64,000 nucleotides of DNA from Deltaproteobacteria bacterium (GTDB taxonomy: Bacteria; Myxococcota_A; Polyangia; Fen-1088): NCBI GenBank assembly GCA_033763315.1, contig JANRKS010000005.1:288001-352000 (forward strand), written 5' to 3'. Shown one piece after another: positions 9,146 to 20,000 of this stretch (positions within the stretch are counted from its first letter, which is position 1; the number at the start of each line of letters is the position of its first letter). Both the position numbers and the translations under genes were made by a program. The notes under the pieces were generated by a model. The model ran no database searches and was not told the origin of the DNA. It saw nothing but the letters and a program-made list of their open reading frames with translations.

Positions 9146-11581
9146 CTAACGACAAACGCCATTGCTGCACGTTTGGCCGCCGCCACAAGTGGTGCCGCAC
9201 GCGCCGCAGTGCTTGGCGTCGGTGCTCAAGTTGATGCACGTGCCGCCACAGTCTGCCGTGCCGGGCGGGCATGACGAGCAACACCGAAAGCCCGTGTCAA
9301 CGAAGGCAAAGTCTTCACCCACCACGGTGGCTGTGAAGTCACATTGCAAAGCGCGCGGGATGCTAAGGTATGAGCCCCCGCGCAGCGTGTGCGTCTTGCG
9401 GCCGTCCGCGAGAACCCCGCGGCAGTCCTCCGTCCATTCTGCGACGTTGCCGCTCATGTCGAAGGCTTGTTGCGCGCCCGCCGCCGCATCCAGATCGGGC
9501 GAGACGCATTGAGAAAACGAACCCGTGACCGCCACTTCGCCGGTTGCCACATCGGCTCCATGACACGCGGCCGCATCATACGTGCATGCGTAAGGGTAAG
9601 GTTGCGCGGTGTTGTTGGGGCAGATGAGGCCGGTGGCACAAGCCCAGCCCCATTCATCGTTCGTGGCAACGCTTGATGAACAAGACGTGGCGCGCGTCGT
9701 TTGGCACAGACGCATGCCCGCGCCTTCACAGGCACGCTGCGCTTGCAGGTGATTCACCGACGTCCACGGGCGTTTGCCCGCCGAAGCGCACGCCCGCGTT
9801 TCCCTGCTGCCCGTGTCTGTGGCCGTGGCATCGCTACGAGCCGCCTCGTATTTGTAGATGTAGTAATCGTACCCGCCGGTGGTCACATGCACCGCCTCAT
9901 CGCGGGCGCCTTCGCAGGGCACGCCACCGCACGTGGGCAAGGCGCCGCCTGCGGGGTTGTCCCATGATTCATCGGTGAGGCCGTCGCAGTCGTTGTCTTT
10001 GGCGTCGCACGTTTCATGGGCCGCCACATGGTTCGGCGCCGCGCTTACGTCACACGCGGGAGAAAGGGTGCGATCGGCCTGGCAGCGCAACACGCCTGTC
10101 TTTTGACATTCGCCTAAACCATCGTCTTTGCAAGCGGAGCCGACGCGCGGTTGCGTGTGTTCGTCCACCTCGCCGTCACAGTCGTTGTCGAGCCCATCGC
10201 ACCACGACTCTTGCCCCAGCACTTGGTTGGGGGCAAACAACTGCACGCTCGCAGGATAATTGCAGTACCAGTCGGGCGTGGCCGCTCCTGGCGCGGTGGT
10301 GCACACAGGAAAGCTGCCGGCGTTGGGATAACGAGACGAGCCCCCTGCACCTTGGCCGCATTCACCGATCTGCAAGCAGAAGTTGTTGGGAGGAAACTTT
10401 AAGTCATTGTCCGCTTCGTCGGTTTTGCCATCACAGTCGTTGTCTTTGCCATCGCACACTTCGGGGCCATCCGGCGTGCACGCATATTCACAACCGTTGA
10501 CCGCCGCGCGATCCAAATCCACGAAGCCAGCCTTGCAGAACGCCACCGTGCATTGGCTTTGCGAACAGCCGTTGATGGCGTTGGGCAACGCGCACGTGAT
10601 GCCGCAACCGCCACACCAGCGCGGATCGTTTGCAAGATCGAAATCTTCATCCGTCTTGCCGTCGCAGTCGTTGTCTTTGCCGTCGCACACGTCGGCCTCG
10701 GGCAACTTCGCGTTCTGGCAAACCAGGCCGCCAGGCAAGCAAGCCCATGTGCCAAGCGCGCAGCCGCCCCCGCACGCGCCCGTTTGTGGGTTGCAGCCCA
10801 CAACGCCGTCGGGGAAACACGCTTTGCCCGCCAACGGATCGCTTTCATCGGTTTGCCCATCGCAGTTGTTGTCTTTGCCGTCGCATACTTCCACCCCAGT
10901 GCCGCCTGGCACACAGCCATATTCACAGCCGTTTTGTGGCGCCTTATCTAGATCGATGAATCCTGCTTTGCACGCCTGCATCTGGCATGTGGCCGCGGCG
11001 CACGTGGCGCCGGCATTTGCAAAACTGCACACCTGGCCGCAACCGCCGCAGTTTTGCGCGTCCACTTCAAAATCGAAACCTTCGTCCGTCAGGCCGTCGC
11101 AGTTGTTGTCTTTGCCGTCGCACAGCTCTTGGCCTGCGTTGGTGATCTGGCATTCGCATCCGTTGACGTCCAAGCGATCTAGATCCACGAAACCGGGCGC
11201 GCACTTGTTGAGCTTGCAGCGGGCCGCAGAGCACAACGTTTCACTGCTGGGGAAACCACAAACGTTGCCGCAGCGGCCACAGTTAAGTGGATCGGTGTTG
11301 AATTCAAAGTCTTCGTCGATCAAGCCGTCGCAGTCGTCGTCTTGCCCATTGCATTCTTCTTTGCTGGGCACACACCCGGCCGGCACATCTACGGTTCCCA
11401 CCTCAGTTGGCAAGGTGTCGCGCGCGGACACATCCGGCCCGGCTTCGCGTGTGCTGCCGTCGGGGCGCCCTTGTGGCAGAGGCTCGGCACCGTCGGGCAG
11501 CTCGGGATAGAAGGAATAGCTGCGCATCTCACAGCCAGCCAGCGCCAATAGCAAACAAGGCAGCCACAAGACGCGGTTCAT
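9146..11581 (-). CDS. Cys-rich repeat lipoprotein with C-terminal FGE/sulfatase-modifying-factor (C-type lectin fold) domain
   Basis: Start refined to MNRVLWLPCLLLALAGC (ATGA overlap with upstream gene); 7 CDGxDNDCDGxxDE-type repeats; FDMSGNVAEWT, LRGGSY, GFRCC. Confidence 0.85.
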   Translation of the reverse strand: MNRVLWLPCLLLALAGCEMRSYSFYPELPDGAEPLPQGRPDGSTREAGPDVSARDTLPTEVGTVDVPAGCVPSKEECNGQDDDCDGLIDEDFEFNTDPLNCGRCGNVCGFPSSETLCSAARCKLNKCAPGFVDLDRLDVNGCECQITNAGQELCDGKDNNCDGLTDEGFDFEVDAQNCGGCGQVCSFANAGATCAAATCQMQACKAGFIDLDKAPQNGCEYGCVPGGTGVEVCDGKDNNCDGQTDESDPLAGKACFPDGVVGCNPQTGACGGGCALGTWACLPGGLVCQNAKLPEADVCDGKDNDCDGKTDEDFDLANDPRWCGGCGITCALPNAINGCSQSQCTVAFCKAGFVDLDRAAVNGCEYACTPDGPEVCDGKDNDCDGKTDEADNDLKFPPNNFCLQIGECGQGAGGSSRYPNAGSFPVCTTAPGAATPDWYCNYPASVQLFAPNQVLGQESWCDGLDNDCDGEVDEHTQPRVGSACKDDGLGECQKTGVLRCQADRTLSPACDVSAAPNHVAAHETCDAKDNDCDGLTDESWDNPAGGALPTCGGVPCEGARDEAVHVTTGGYDYYIYKYEAARSDATATDTGSRETRACASAGKRPWTSVNHLQAQRACEGAGMRLCQTTRATSCSSSVATNDEWGWACATGLICPNNTAQPYPYACTYDAAACHGADVATGEVAVTGSFSQCVSPDLDAAAGAQQAFDMSGNVAEWTEDCRGVLADGRKTHTLRGGSYLSIPRALQCDFTATVVGEDFAFVDTGFRCCSSCPPGTADCGGTCINLSTDAKHCGACGTTCGGGQTCSNGVCR

Positions 11582-14500
11582 TGCGCACCTCCTTTGGCTT
11601 GGAGGGCTCGCCGTCTGCGTAAGCGCGCCACTGCCAGCAGCGTGATGCCGCTCGGCAACCACAATCCCTGTGGTGGCTGCGCTTGGCTTGCCAATGAACA
11701 CGTGCACCCGCCACCGCCCGCGGCGGACACACGGCCGTAAGGCTTGATGCCGGGCAGCGACTCGGGCGCCAGACACTCGGCCACGCCATCGTCGTGCACA
11801 AAGCACACGTCTTTGCCTTTGCACACTGTGGCTAAACACGGGTCGGGAACGCACGCGGCCTTGCTGGGCACGCATGTGAGGCCACGCAGACACCGAATCA
11901 GGACGCATGGGTTGGGTTCACAGCCCCCCGTCGCCGGTTGGCAAAAGCCCGTGGGTGCACACGTCACGCCGGAACACTTATCGGCCACACATTGACCGAG
12001 GCGGCAGCTTTGTGCGTTGCCGCAAGACACGCCCGTGCACGAAGGCACGCACGCGCCTCCGCTGCAATAAGTGTTGCTGTTGCACGTGACGCTCAAGCAC
12101 GGATCAGGTTCGCACGTGTTGCCGCGGCAAAGTTGACCTGCGGGGCAACCATCCACCTGGCAGCTCACGCACGAGCCGTTGTCACATCGGAACCCTTCAT
12201 CGCATTTGACCCCCTCACAGCGGTCCACGCAGCCGCGTTTGAAGTCACAGCGGAAGCCCGGGTCGCACGGCGTGCGCACGCATTCGGTTTGCACGCACAA
12301 ACCGTCTTGGCACACGCGATCTGAGGCGCATTCGAATTCGCCGCCACGGCAGCGTGGGGCACATTCTCCAAATGCGCAGCCAAATCCGTCAGGGCATGGT
12401 GCTGCGTTGTCAATCACGCCGTCACAATCTTGATCTTTGCCGTCGCATATTTCGGCCACGGGACCCACGCCGCCTTTACACATCCATGCGGCGCCACCCA
12501 TGCCGTCGCTCACGCACATGTTGGCGCCGGGGCGACATTCGCCTTTGACACCTGCGCTGGCCGATAAGCCCGGCGGGGGGCACATGCCAGGTGGGTTGAT
12601 GCTTTCGTCGGTCTGCCCGTCGCAATCATCGTCAAGCGCGTTGCAGCGCTCGAAGCTCGGCATCACGCTGTCATCGCAGCGAATGCCGCCACCCAAGCAC
12701 TTAAGCATTCCCTTCCGGCACACCCCTTCGGCGACGCCACACCCGGTGGGCACAACCAACTCCGCATCCATCGGCTCGTCATCCGTTTGGCCATCACAGT
12801 CGTTGTCCTTGCCGTCGCAATATTCGGGCCTCGGACCGTTCGCTTGTTCGCACACAGGCACAGCGCCTTCGCAGCGCCACGCGCCCGCTTTGCACTCGCC
12901 CTTGGTGGGGCCACACGCGCCCTTCAAATTATCTGTGACGCCGTCGCAGTCATCGTCTTGCCCGTTGCACACTTCGTCCTTGGCAGGCACGCTGCCTTCG
13001 CACGACAACGCGTTTTGCACGCATCTAAGCACGCCTGCACGGCACGAGCCGACGCCGGCTTTTTCGGTGCCACACGCTTGCCCTAAGCCAAAGCCTTCGT
13101 CTGTCTGGCCATCGCAATCGTTGTCCAATCCATCGCAAGCGACTTCGGTTTGCGCAGTCACGGCGTTTACGCAAGCACCACAGCTGCCAGCCTCACACGT
13201 CAATACGCCCGTTTGGCAGATCCCCAGGCACGTCCAGGCGGTTGCGGGGGCGGCTTGGCAGGCGAGCGGCGTCTCGTTGCGTGTGCAACCCGCCGCGGCC
13301 GGAAAGCAAGACAAACCAAAGCCGTCGGTGATGCCATCGCAATCGTTGTCTTTGCCGTCACACAATTCAGGTGACGACGCTGTGCCGCCCACACACACGG
13401 CCTTTTTGCCGCCGTTGCCATCGTCCGCGCATTGCAGCTGCCCGGGTTTACATTCACCGATTGAAAGCCCACACGATGTGGGTGGAATGTCGTCGATGGT
13501 GCCGTTGCAGTCGTCATCCAAGCCATTGCACACTTCAGGTTTCGCGGTGCACGAACACGATAGGTTCTCATCCACCAAACCGTCGCAGTCATCGTCGGCG
13601 CAATCTTCCGCTGTGGGCGCCAAGCATCCAGGGCTCGATCCACATCGCTCTTCCACCGCGCCGCCCATTTGCACCACGGTGGCGGGGCACACGCCTGCAG
13701 GCGTCGACGAACACGCCACGCCTGAGCCATCGGCTTTACACGCCAACACGCCTTGACGTTTGCATCGGCCCACGCCCACGCTGCACACCTGGCCTTTGCT
13801 GGGGAACGTTTCATCGATCTCGCCGTCACACGTGTTGTCTTTGCAATCGCACTTCTCGTTGGGGATCGACGCCGCGATGATGTCGCCCAAACGCGCCGTC
13901 AGTTCAGCGCGGTTGTTCGCCAACAAGGCGGAACCCGTGCCACCAGAGGCCGCGATGGCGTTGAGTGATGGGTCGTTGACGGTGAATCCAACCACGTACG
14001 TTCGCACTTTGATGCGACGGGTGTTGGCCGGCGAGCCGCTGCGTTCGCAGCGCGCATCGACAGGATCCCACAGGCCACCGTTGGTACATGCAAAATACAG
14101 GTTCTCCGCCGCCGCGGCGCCGTTGACCCCGCAGTTGTTGGTGCAGCTGGCCGTTTCGATGCCGTCCGTGATCAGGATGACGTTATAGGACCGACAATCC
14201 ACTTGGGCGTCGCGGTTAAGGACACCGGGGGTTGGCCCAGCGGGGCTGGCGTCGTTGATCAACCAATCGCGAACGGCGTTGAGCGAGCCACCGATGGGCG
14301 TGATGCCCACCGCGCGCAATTCTTTGTTGCCGCCGCCGGGAAACGTCTCATCGCCATCGATCCAAGAAAGCAGTTGGCTTTGGTTGCCGGTGTTGCCGTT
14401 GGGAAAGCTTACCAACACGTCGCCTGCCATACCAAAGCCGTTCGCCTTCGGATCGCTGCCCACGCAACACAGGTTGCCGTTGTAGAACACAGCTGTGGGA

Positions 14501-14985
14501 TCGTTGTCTGGATCGGCGCACCTGACACAACCATTGCCCGTGGCGCTGCCGTTGCGGCATTCGTCGTAATCTGGATTCAGCGCTGGCACGTCATACGAAC
14601 ATAGATTGCCCGCGCACGAGTTCGCCGAGCTGTTGCTGCCCACGCAGTCGCTTTGCGACACACACGCCCCGCCAAGTTCGTTCTGGTGGTACCGAGCCAG
14701 CGAAAATTCGGCCGCGCCAAACGCTGCGATGGTGTCGTTCAAAGCCGCTTTGGCTTGGAAGAGCTTGCTGTCGTCAAAGGATCCGTTGTTGTCGAGGTCG
14801 CATCCTGGGTGCAGCTTAGACCCATCGCCATGCGTTTCTACGCGCGACGCGTTTTCAGACATCGACCCCGACGTATCCACCAGGATGACGAAGCGGGGCT
14901 TGACGGGAGCTGCCCACGCCTTGGGGGCAATACCCACAGCACCCACGCATAACAAGCAAAGGTAGGCAAGGTAGGGGAAGCGCAT
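11578..14985 (-). CDS. VWA-domain surface protein with Cys-rich repeats and MYXO-CTERM
   Basis: Signal peptide; MIDAS motif DTSGS, TPIG, ILITDG; about 9 CxGxDxDCDG repeats; tail GGGCTCS...LLAVARLRRRR. Confidence 0.88.
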   Translation of the reverse strand: MRFPYLAYLCLLCVGAVGIAPKAWAAPVKPRFVILVDTSGSMSENASRVETHGDGSKLHPGCDLDNNGSFDDSKLFQAKAALNDTIAAFGAAEFSLARYHQNELGGACVSQSDCVGSNSSANSCAGNLCSYDVPALNPDYDECRNGSATGNGCVRCADPDNDPTAVFYNGNLCCVGSDPKANGFGMAGDVLVSFPNGNTGNQSQLLSWIDGDETFPGGGNKELRAVGITPIGGSLNAVRDWLINDASPAGPTPGVLNRDAQVDCRSYNVILITDGIETASCTNNCGVNGAAAAENLYFACTNGGLWDPVDARCERSGSPANTRRIKVRTYVVGFTVNDPSLNAIAASGGTGSALLANNRAELTARLGDIIAASIPNEKCDCKDNTCDGEIDETFPSKGQVCSVGVGRCKRQGVLACKADGSGVACSSTPAGVCPATVVQMGGAVEERCGSSPGCLAPTAEDCADDDCDGLVDENLSCSCTAKPEVCNGLDDDCNGTIDDIPPTSCGLSIGECKPGQLQCADDGNGGKKAVCVGGTASSPELCDGKDNDCDGITDGFGLSCFPAAAGCTRNETPLACQAAPATAWTCLGICQTGVLTCEAGSCGACVNAVTAQTEVACDGLDNDCDGQTDEGFGLGQACGTEKAGVGSCRAGVLRCVQNALSCEGSVPAKDEVCNGQDDDCDGVTDNLKGACGPTKGECKAGAWRCEGAVPVCEQANGPRPEYCDGKDNDCDGQTDDEPMDAELVVPTGCGVAEGVCRKGMLKCLGGGIRCDDSVMPSFERCNALDDDCDGQTDESINPPGMCPPPGLSASAGVKGECRPGANMCVSDGMGGAAWMCKGGVGPVAEICDGKDQDCDGVIDNAAPCPDGFGCAFGECAPRCRGGEFECASDRVCQDGLCVQTECVRTPCDPGFRCDFKRGCVDRCEGVKCDEGFRCDNGSCVSCQVDGCPAGQLCRGNTCEPDPCLSVTCNSNTYCSGGACVPSCTGVSCGNAQSCRLGQCVADKCSGVTCAPTGFCQPATGGCEPNPCVLIRCLRGLTCVPSKAACVPDPCLATVCKGKDVCFVHDDGVAECLAPESLPGIKPYGRVSAAGGGGCTCSLASQAQPPQGLWLPSGITLLAVARLRRRRALQAKGGAQ

Positions 14986-15167
14986 AGGCCGCTATATTGA
15001 CACCAAGCGCCAGCTTTCAGGAAGTCGCCTTTTGGTGAAAAGCGAGGACGCCTTGCGCTGCAGGGGGGTGATGGAGGTACACAAAGGCCCAGGACGGAGA
15101 CAAAAGCTCCCTCAAACGCCTTTCTGCATCCAAGCGGAACCCCGCTGGGCCGGGGGGCCCCTGGCGG

Positions 15168-15941
15168 CTAGGAGGCCGGCCTAAATTTCATGCGGCCCGG
15201 GGCACGCAGCACCTTGGCGATGAGTTCGCCTTGCGAGTGCACACCGAGCTTGCGGTAGATCGCTTTTACGTGGTTGCGGGCCGTGTGAACGCTGATGAAG
15301 AACATATGTGCCAGCTCACGCGGCTTCTTGCCAGCGACGATGGCGCGCAGCAGTTCCTTCTCACGGCGCGAAAGTTCGCCGGCTTCTTCGGCGCTCAACA
15401 TGGCCACCGGATCGTTTTCATCTTCGCTGGCGTTGACCGAAGGCACCTCTTGCGTGCTCAACAGGCCCGCGATGGCGGGATCAGGCGAGGGGCCGGCTTC
15501 GCGATCCAATTCATCAACCAGCACCGCTTGACGCCGCGATAGATGTACCAAGCGTTGCGTGACTGATTTGACGGCGTGGCGGCGGAGGGCATCGCGGATC
15601 GCCATCGACAGCTCGGAGGTATCGCAGGGCTTTTGTAGCAACCGAAACACGCGGCCTTCGTTGATGCTGCGCACGGCAAGCTTCAAATCCGCGTGGCCCG
15701 TCAACATGATCTTCGGCAAATGCGGCTGCTCTTTGGCCAGCTCGACGAGAAATTCTGAGCCCGACTGGCCTGGCATCCGTTCGTCGAGCACCAACGCCCC
15801 GATCGGTTCACGCGCCAACACCGCGCGCGCTTCTTCAACGGAGTGTGCACCAACAATTTCATAAGGCTCTTTGCGCAGCGCCAACTTCAGCCCTTCGATG
15901 ACCTCGGGCTCGTCGTCTACCACTAAAACCTTGTCGTACAT
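15168..15941 (-). CDS. Response regulator (receiver + LuxR-type HTH)
   Basis: VLVVDDE, VLDERMP, MLTG, LQKP; LSRREKELL...ISVHTARNHVKAIYRKLGV. Confidence 0.93.
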   Translation of the reverse strand: MYDKVLVVDDEPEVIEGLKLALRKEPYEIVGAHSVEEARAVLAREPIGALVLDERMPGQSGSEFLVELAKEQPHLPKIMLTGHADLKLAVRSINEGRVFRLLQKPCDTSELSMAIRDALRRHAVKSVTQRLVHLSRRQAVLVDELDREAGPSPDPAIAGLLSTQEVPSVNASEDENDPVAMLSAEEAGELSRREKELLRAIVAGKKPRELAHMFFISVHTARNHVKAIYRKLGVHSQGELIAKVLRAPGRMKFRPAS

Positions 15942-16001
15942 TCTTGGTGTCCTTGTGCGCGCAAAATGTGGCGCCGTTTGTCTCTACAACGTTCTGTTTG
16001 G

Positions 16002-16028
16002 TCATCGGCACTTATGTTTTAGCCTTTA
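16002..16028 (-). promoter_or_regulatory. sigma28 (FliA)-type promoter for the response regulator
   Basis: Minus strand TAAA-N15-GCCGATGA versus consensus TAAA-N15-GCCGATAA. Confidence 0.7.
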
Positions 16029-16060
16029 GCCCTTATTCGTCCCTGGTTGGTCCAGGGGCG

Positions 16061-16088
16061 TCAAGATGGCCCATGGTTCAGCCGATGA
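16061..16088 (+). promoter_or_regulatory. sigma28-type promoter for the histidine kinase
   Basis: TCAAG-N15-GCCGATGA, 13 nt before ATG 16102. Confidence 0.6.
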
Positions 16089-16101
16089 GGCTGGTGAACT
16101 G

Positions 16102-17016
16102 ATGGCTACGAAGAAGAATACGCCGGCGCGCGCAGCGTCAGAGCGCGGCCACGCACGCCGCACACCTTCCACGGAAGAGCGCCTCAATATTGATATGCGT
16201 CACGCGCAGAAGCTGCAAGCGTTGGGCTTGTTGGCCACGGGCATTGCCCACGAGATCAGCACTCCAGTGCAGTTCGTGGGTGACAGCATGACGTTCTTGC
16301 GCGGCGCCTTCTGCGATCTCGAGCGCTTTGCGGTGGCCGTGCAAACGTTGGTGGATGACGAGAACGTGCAGGATGTGGCCGCGGTGAAACTGCGGCTGCG
16401 CGACATGCTGGCCGAATCAGATGTGGACTATGTGATCGCGCGCATGCCTCGTGCTGTGGATCGTGTCATTGATGGTTTAAGCCGCGTGTCTTCCATTGTT
16501 CGCGCCATGAAAGACTTTTCGCATTTGGACCAACGCGAAAAGCAGCCCGCTGATCTAAATGATGCGATCGATAAAACTTTGATCATCACCAAGGGCGAAT
16601 ACAAACACGTGGCCGACGTGATCAAAGAATTGGGCGCGTTGCCGCGCGTGCGTTGCCACGTGGGAGACATTCAACAGGTGTTGGTCAACTTGGTGATCAA
16701 TGCCTCGCACGCCATCGAAAGCAAGGCCGCCGAAGAGGGCAAACGCGGCCTGATTCGCGTGCGCAGCTTCGTCGAGGAACACTCTGAAAAGCCTTACGTG
16801 GTTGTGGCCGTGCAAGACAATGGCGGTGGCATCCCAACAGATGTGGCCGCGCGTGTGTTTGAACCGTTCTTCACCACGAAGGAACCAGGCCGGGGAACGG
16901 GGCAAGGTCTGCCGATTTCGCGAGAAATCGTGGTGGATCGTCATGGCGGCTCGCTGGAGTTTGATTCAGTGCCAGGCGTGGGCACGACGTTCTACGTGCG
17001 GCTTCCCGTTGTCTAA
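16102..17016 (+). CDS. Cytoplasmic NtrB-like histidine kinase lacking a sensor domain
   Basis: GIAHEISTP H-box, NLVINA, QDNGGGI, FEPFFTTK, GTGQGL; about 30 aa before the HisKA helix and no TM. Confidence 0.92.
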   Translation: MATKKNTPARAASERGHARRTPSTEERLNIDMRHAQKLQALGLLATGIAHEISTPVQFVGDSMTFLRGAFCDLERFAVAVQTLVDDENVQDVAAVKLRLRDMLAESDVDYVIARMPRAVDRVIDGLSRVSSIVRAMKDFSHLDQREKQPADLNDAIDKTLIITKGEYKHVADVIKELGALPRVRCHVGDIQQVLVNLVINASHAIESKAAEEGKRGLIRVRSFVEEHSEKPYVVVAVQDNGGGIPTDVAARVFEPFFTTKEPGRGTGQGLPISREIVVDRHGGSLEFDSVPGVGTTFYVRLPVV

Positions 17017-17093
17017 CGTCGCGTGCGATCGCTATTGAGCCACGCCGCCCGTTAGGTGCCAAGGCTCATCGCCCTGACACCTGCGAACCCGCC

Positions 17094-20000
17094 TCACTGC
17101 TCGACGCAGTAAATCGGCCGTGCCGTCGAGCAAGACGTGGCTTTGATGATCCCCGGGTTGTAGAAGAACGTCGATTGAGTGGAGCTGCTGTGCCCCAAAA
17201 CAGCGCCGTTGAGCAGCAGGCCACCCGCCCAGTTTTTGCACGTGGAAGCCGAGTCACCGTTGGCTGTGACTGATGTGGCGCCGGTATACACGTTGGCCGG
17301 GCCCACAAAGGTGTTCAACGAAGTTTCCCAAATGCCGGTGAGCAACGAGGCTTTCAAGATTTGATCGCCTTGACCAATGCGCTCGCCTGAAGGCGTGACG
17401 TAAAGTTCCTTGGGGTTGATCACGCCCGCAGCGCTGCGTCCGTCCTGCGCCAGCAACGCACGCACCGCCACGGCGCCCTTGGGTGCATTGGCGGCGCACA
17501 CGGCGTCTGCGTCAGCGATGCTGCCGCCGGGTGTGAACAACTTGCCAACCGAAGCGTCGCCACTGATGTAGATGCGTTTACCTTTGGCCCCCGAGTGAGC
17601 CAACGTGACTGCCTTGCTTTTGCCAAAGCAGTAGATACGGTTGCGGGTGCCGCAGTTGGTGCCCACGCCGCCATTGGTCCACCCGCCAGGTCCGAAGGTG
17701 CGATCGCCTGCGGTGGGAATCAGCGTCGCGTCCGCGGTAGACCATTCTTTGCAGGTGCCCGTCAGTGACGGATCGCCGTTGCTCAACGTCCCAGTCATCA
17801 CAGCGTTGCTGCCACCGTCGTTGCCGTATTCGTCCAATAGGATGGGGTTCCAGATGCCGTTGGCATTTAGAAGAGCGTCCATGGTGGCCGCCACGGGCAC
17901 ACCATCCAATCGCCGCCAGCCGCTTGCACCATCCAAGCGCTTGTAGGGCACCGAGCCCGCGTCAGACATCCACGCCACGTAGCCAAGGTTGTCTTTCGTG
18001 TTGATGCCTGCCTTGCTGGCCAGCTCGTTGCAAACGCTGTCGTATTTTCCAGCGGAGCCATAATCGGACGGAAAGGCCTGCGACGAAACGAACACCAAGT
18101 TTGCGTCCATGACGTTGAAGTTGGCAGAGGCGTTTACGGGCGCTGTGGATAGCGTGACGCCACAGGAAGCTCCGGGGCCCCCACAACCTGGCGCGGTGAA
18201 TCCGGTAAAATACGAATCGCTGCCATTCTCGGTTGAGGCGTTAAGGGTAACGGTGGTGCCAGAATCGTAAACGCTCGAGCACGTGCCAGGGCAAGAGATG
18301 CCGCTTGGTGCACTGACCACTGTGCCTTTGCCGCTACCTGTGGTTGCAACCGTCAAGCGGTAACCGCCGCGACCCGACAACGCCAACTGCGCTGTGCCGC
18401 CTGGTGAGGCCGTGGCGCTCAAGGTGTAGTTCTGCGCGCCACCGCTCGTAGGTTTGAACGAGACGAGCACATCACAGCTTTGGCCGGGCGCGATCGCCGT
18501 GCCGCAATTGTTGGTCACCAAGTAGGCGGTCGGTATGTTGCTGGAGAGCGCGGGCACGCCCGTGGAAACGCCACCCACGTTGGTGAGCTTCCAGGTGAAC
18601 GAAGCGCTCGATGTGCCCACCTCCACCAAACCGAAATCTTTGGACGAGGCATTGGCTTGCATTTGCCCTTGCGCGAGGCCGGCTCCGTCCATATTCGCGC
18701 TCTTCGCGCCGCCCGGCGACGCAGAAACGTTGAGTGTGGCTGTACGAGCTCCGACAGCGCCCGGTGTGAAACGAACACGCAGTTGGCATGAGGTGATGGT
18801 GCTGTCCAAACGCGTGGTGGCCATAATGCAGTCACCGGCCGCGCCCGCGAGGATCGCAAACTCGCCCGCTTGTGCGCCAGTGACGTTGAATCCCAACGTG
18901 CCTGTGGCCACGTCACCGGTGTTGGTGACGGTGAAGGTTTTGTCCACGCTGCCGCCCGTCACAACGCTGCCGAACGCTTGGCCCGCAGGCGACAAGGAAA
19001 GCGCGGCGGGCGCCAAGCCCACGCCGTTCATCTGTGCCGTGACGCTGCCTCCCGGTGACGCCGATACTGCGAGACTCGCCGAGCGCGTGCCCGCCACCGC
19101 GGGCTGCAGCTGAATCACGATCGTGCATGTTTCATTGGGTGCCAGCGCCTTGTTCGCGCAGTTGTTGGCCGCCACGGGGAACTCGGCCGTGGCCGAGCCC
19201 GTCAACATGCCCGTCAACGCTCCTGTGCTGGCGCCGCCCGCGTTTTTCACCGTGAACGTTTTGGTTGCGCTCTTGGCGCCTACAACAGTGGGATCGAAAT
19301 TTTGGGATGATGGCGTGATCTCGAGGCTGCCTGGCAAAAGGCCCGTGCCCGACAACGCGGCGCTGGTTTTCAAACCGCCCACCGTTACGTCAAGCGTGCC
19401 TGTAAAACCACCCACATCACTTGGCGCGAACACCACTTGAATCGAGCATGTTTCAGTCGGCGCCAGAGCCGCCGTGCAGGTGTTGGTGCCCAAGATGAAG
19501 TTTGGATCGGTGATCGTCGCGACCGGAATGGCCGAAGTCACGCCGCCTTTGTTGGTGAGCACGAACGCTTGAGCGCCGCCTTTTTGACCTTTGACGACGC
19601 TGCCGAAGTTGTTGGTGTCGGGCGTGATCTGCACTGCGGCGGGCGCCAGCGCTTTGCCATCCAAGCTGGCCACCGCCGTGCCGCCGGGCATACCCGTCAC
19701 GGTCAATGTCGCCGTCTTGTTGCCTTCGCTCTTCGGCGAGAACTTCACCGCCACTTTACAGGTACCGGTGCTGGGCACCATCACGTTGGAACACGCGTCC
19801 GCCGCGATCTTGAAGTCTTGAGCGTCGCTGCCCGCCAACGCGACAGCCAACACACCCGTAGGCGTCCCGCCGGTGTTGGCAATCGTGAATTCGAAGTCAC
19901 CGCTCGCTTTGTCTTTTTCTAGGTCAGCAAAGCTGTGCATCGCTGGGCTGACTTGCAGTGCGCCTGCGGCCACGCCCGCGGCGGCCAAATCAATCTTTAC

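Noticed and set aside
9146-9500. FGE/C-lectin tip (and the DUF1554-like tips at 17.1-18.1 kb) as diversity-generating retroelement targets
   Set aside because: No reverse transcriptase and no template-repeat copy visible in the window
9900-13860. Recurrent GCCGTCGCAGTCGTTGTC-like DNA repeats as a CRISPR array
   Set aside because: Degenerate at third codon positions, irregularly spaced and in frame: they encode the CDGxDNDCDG protein repeats
10383-14188. Long plus-strand ORFs (375, 439 and 142 aa) opposite the Cys-rich genes
   Set aside because: Antisense shadows typical of high-GC coding DNA; Ser/Pro/His-rich with no domain signal
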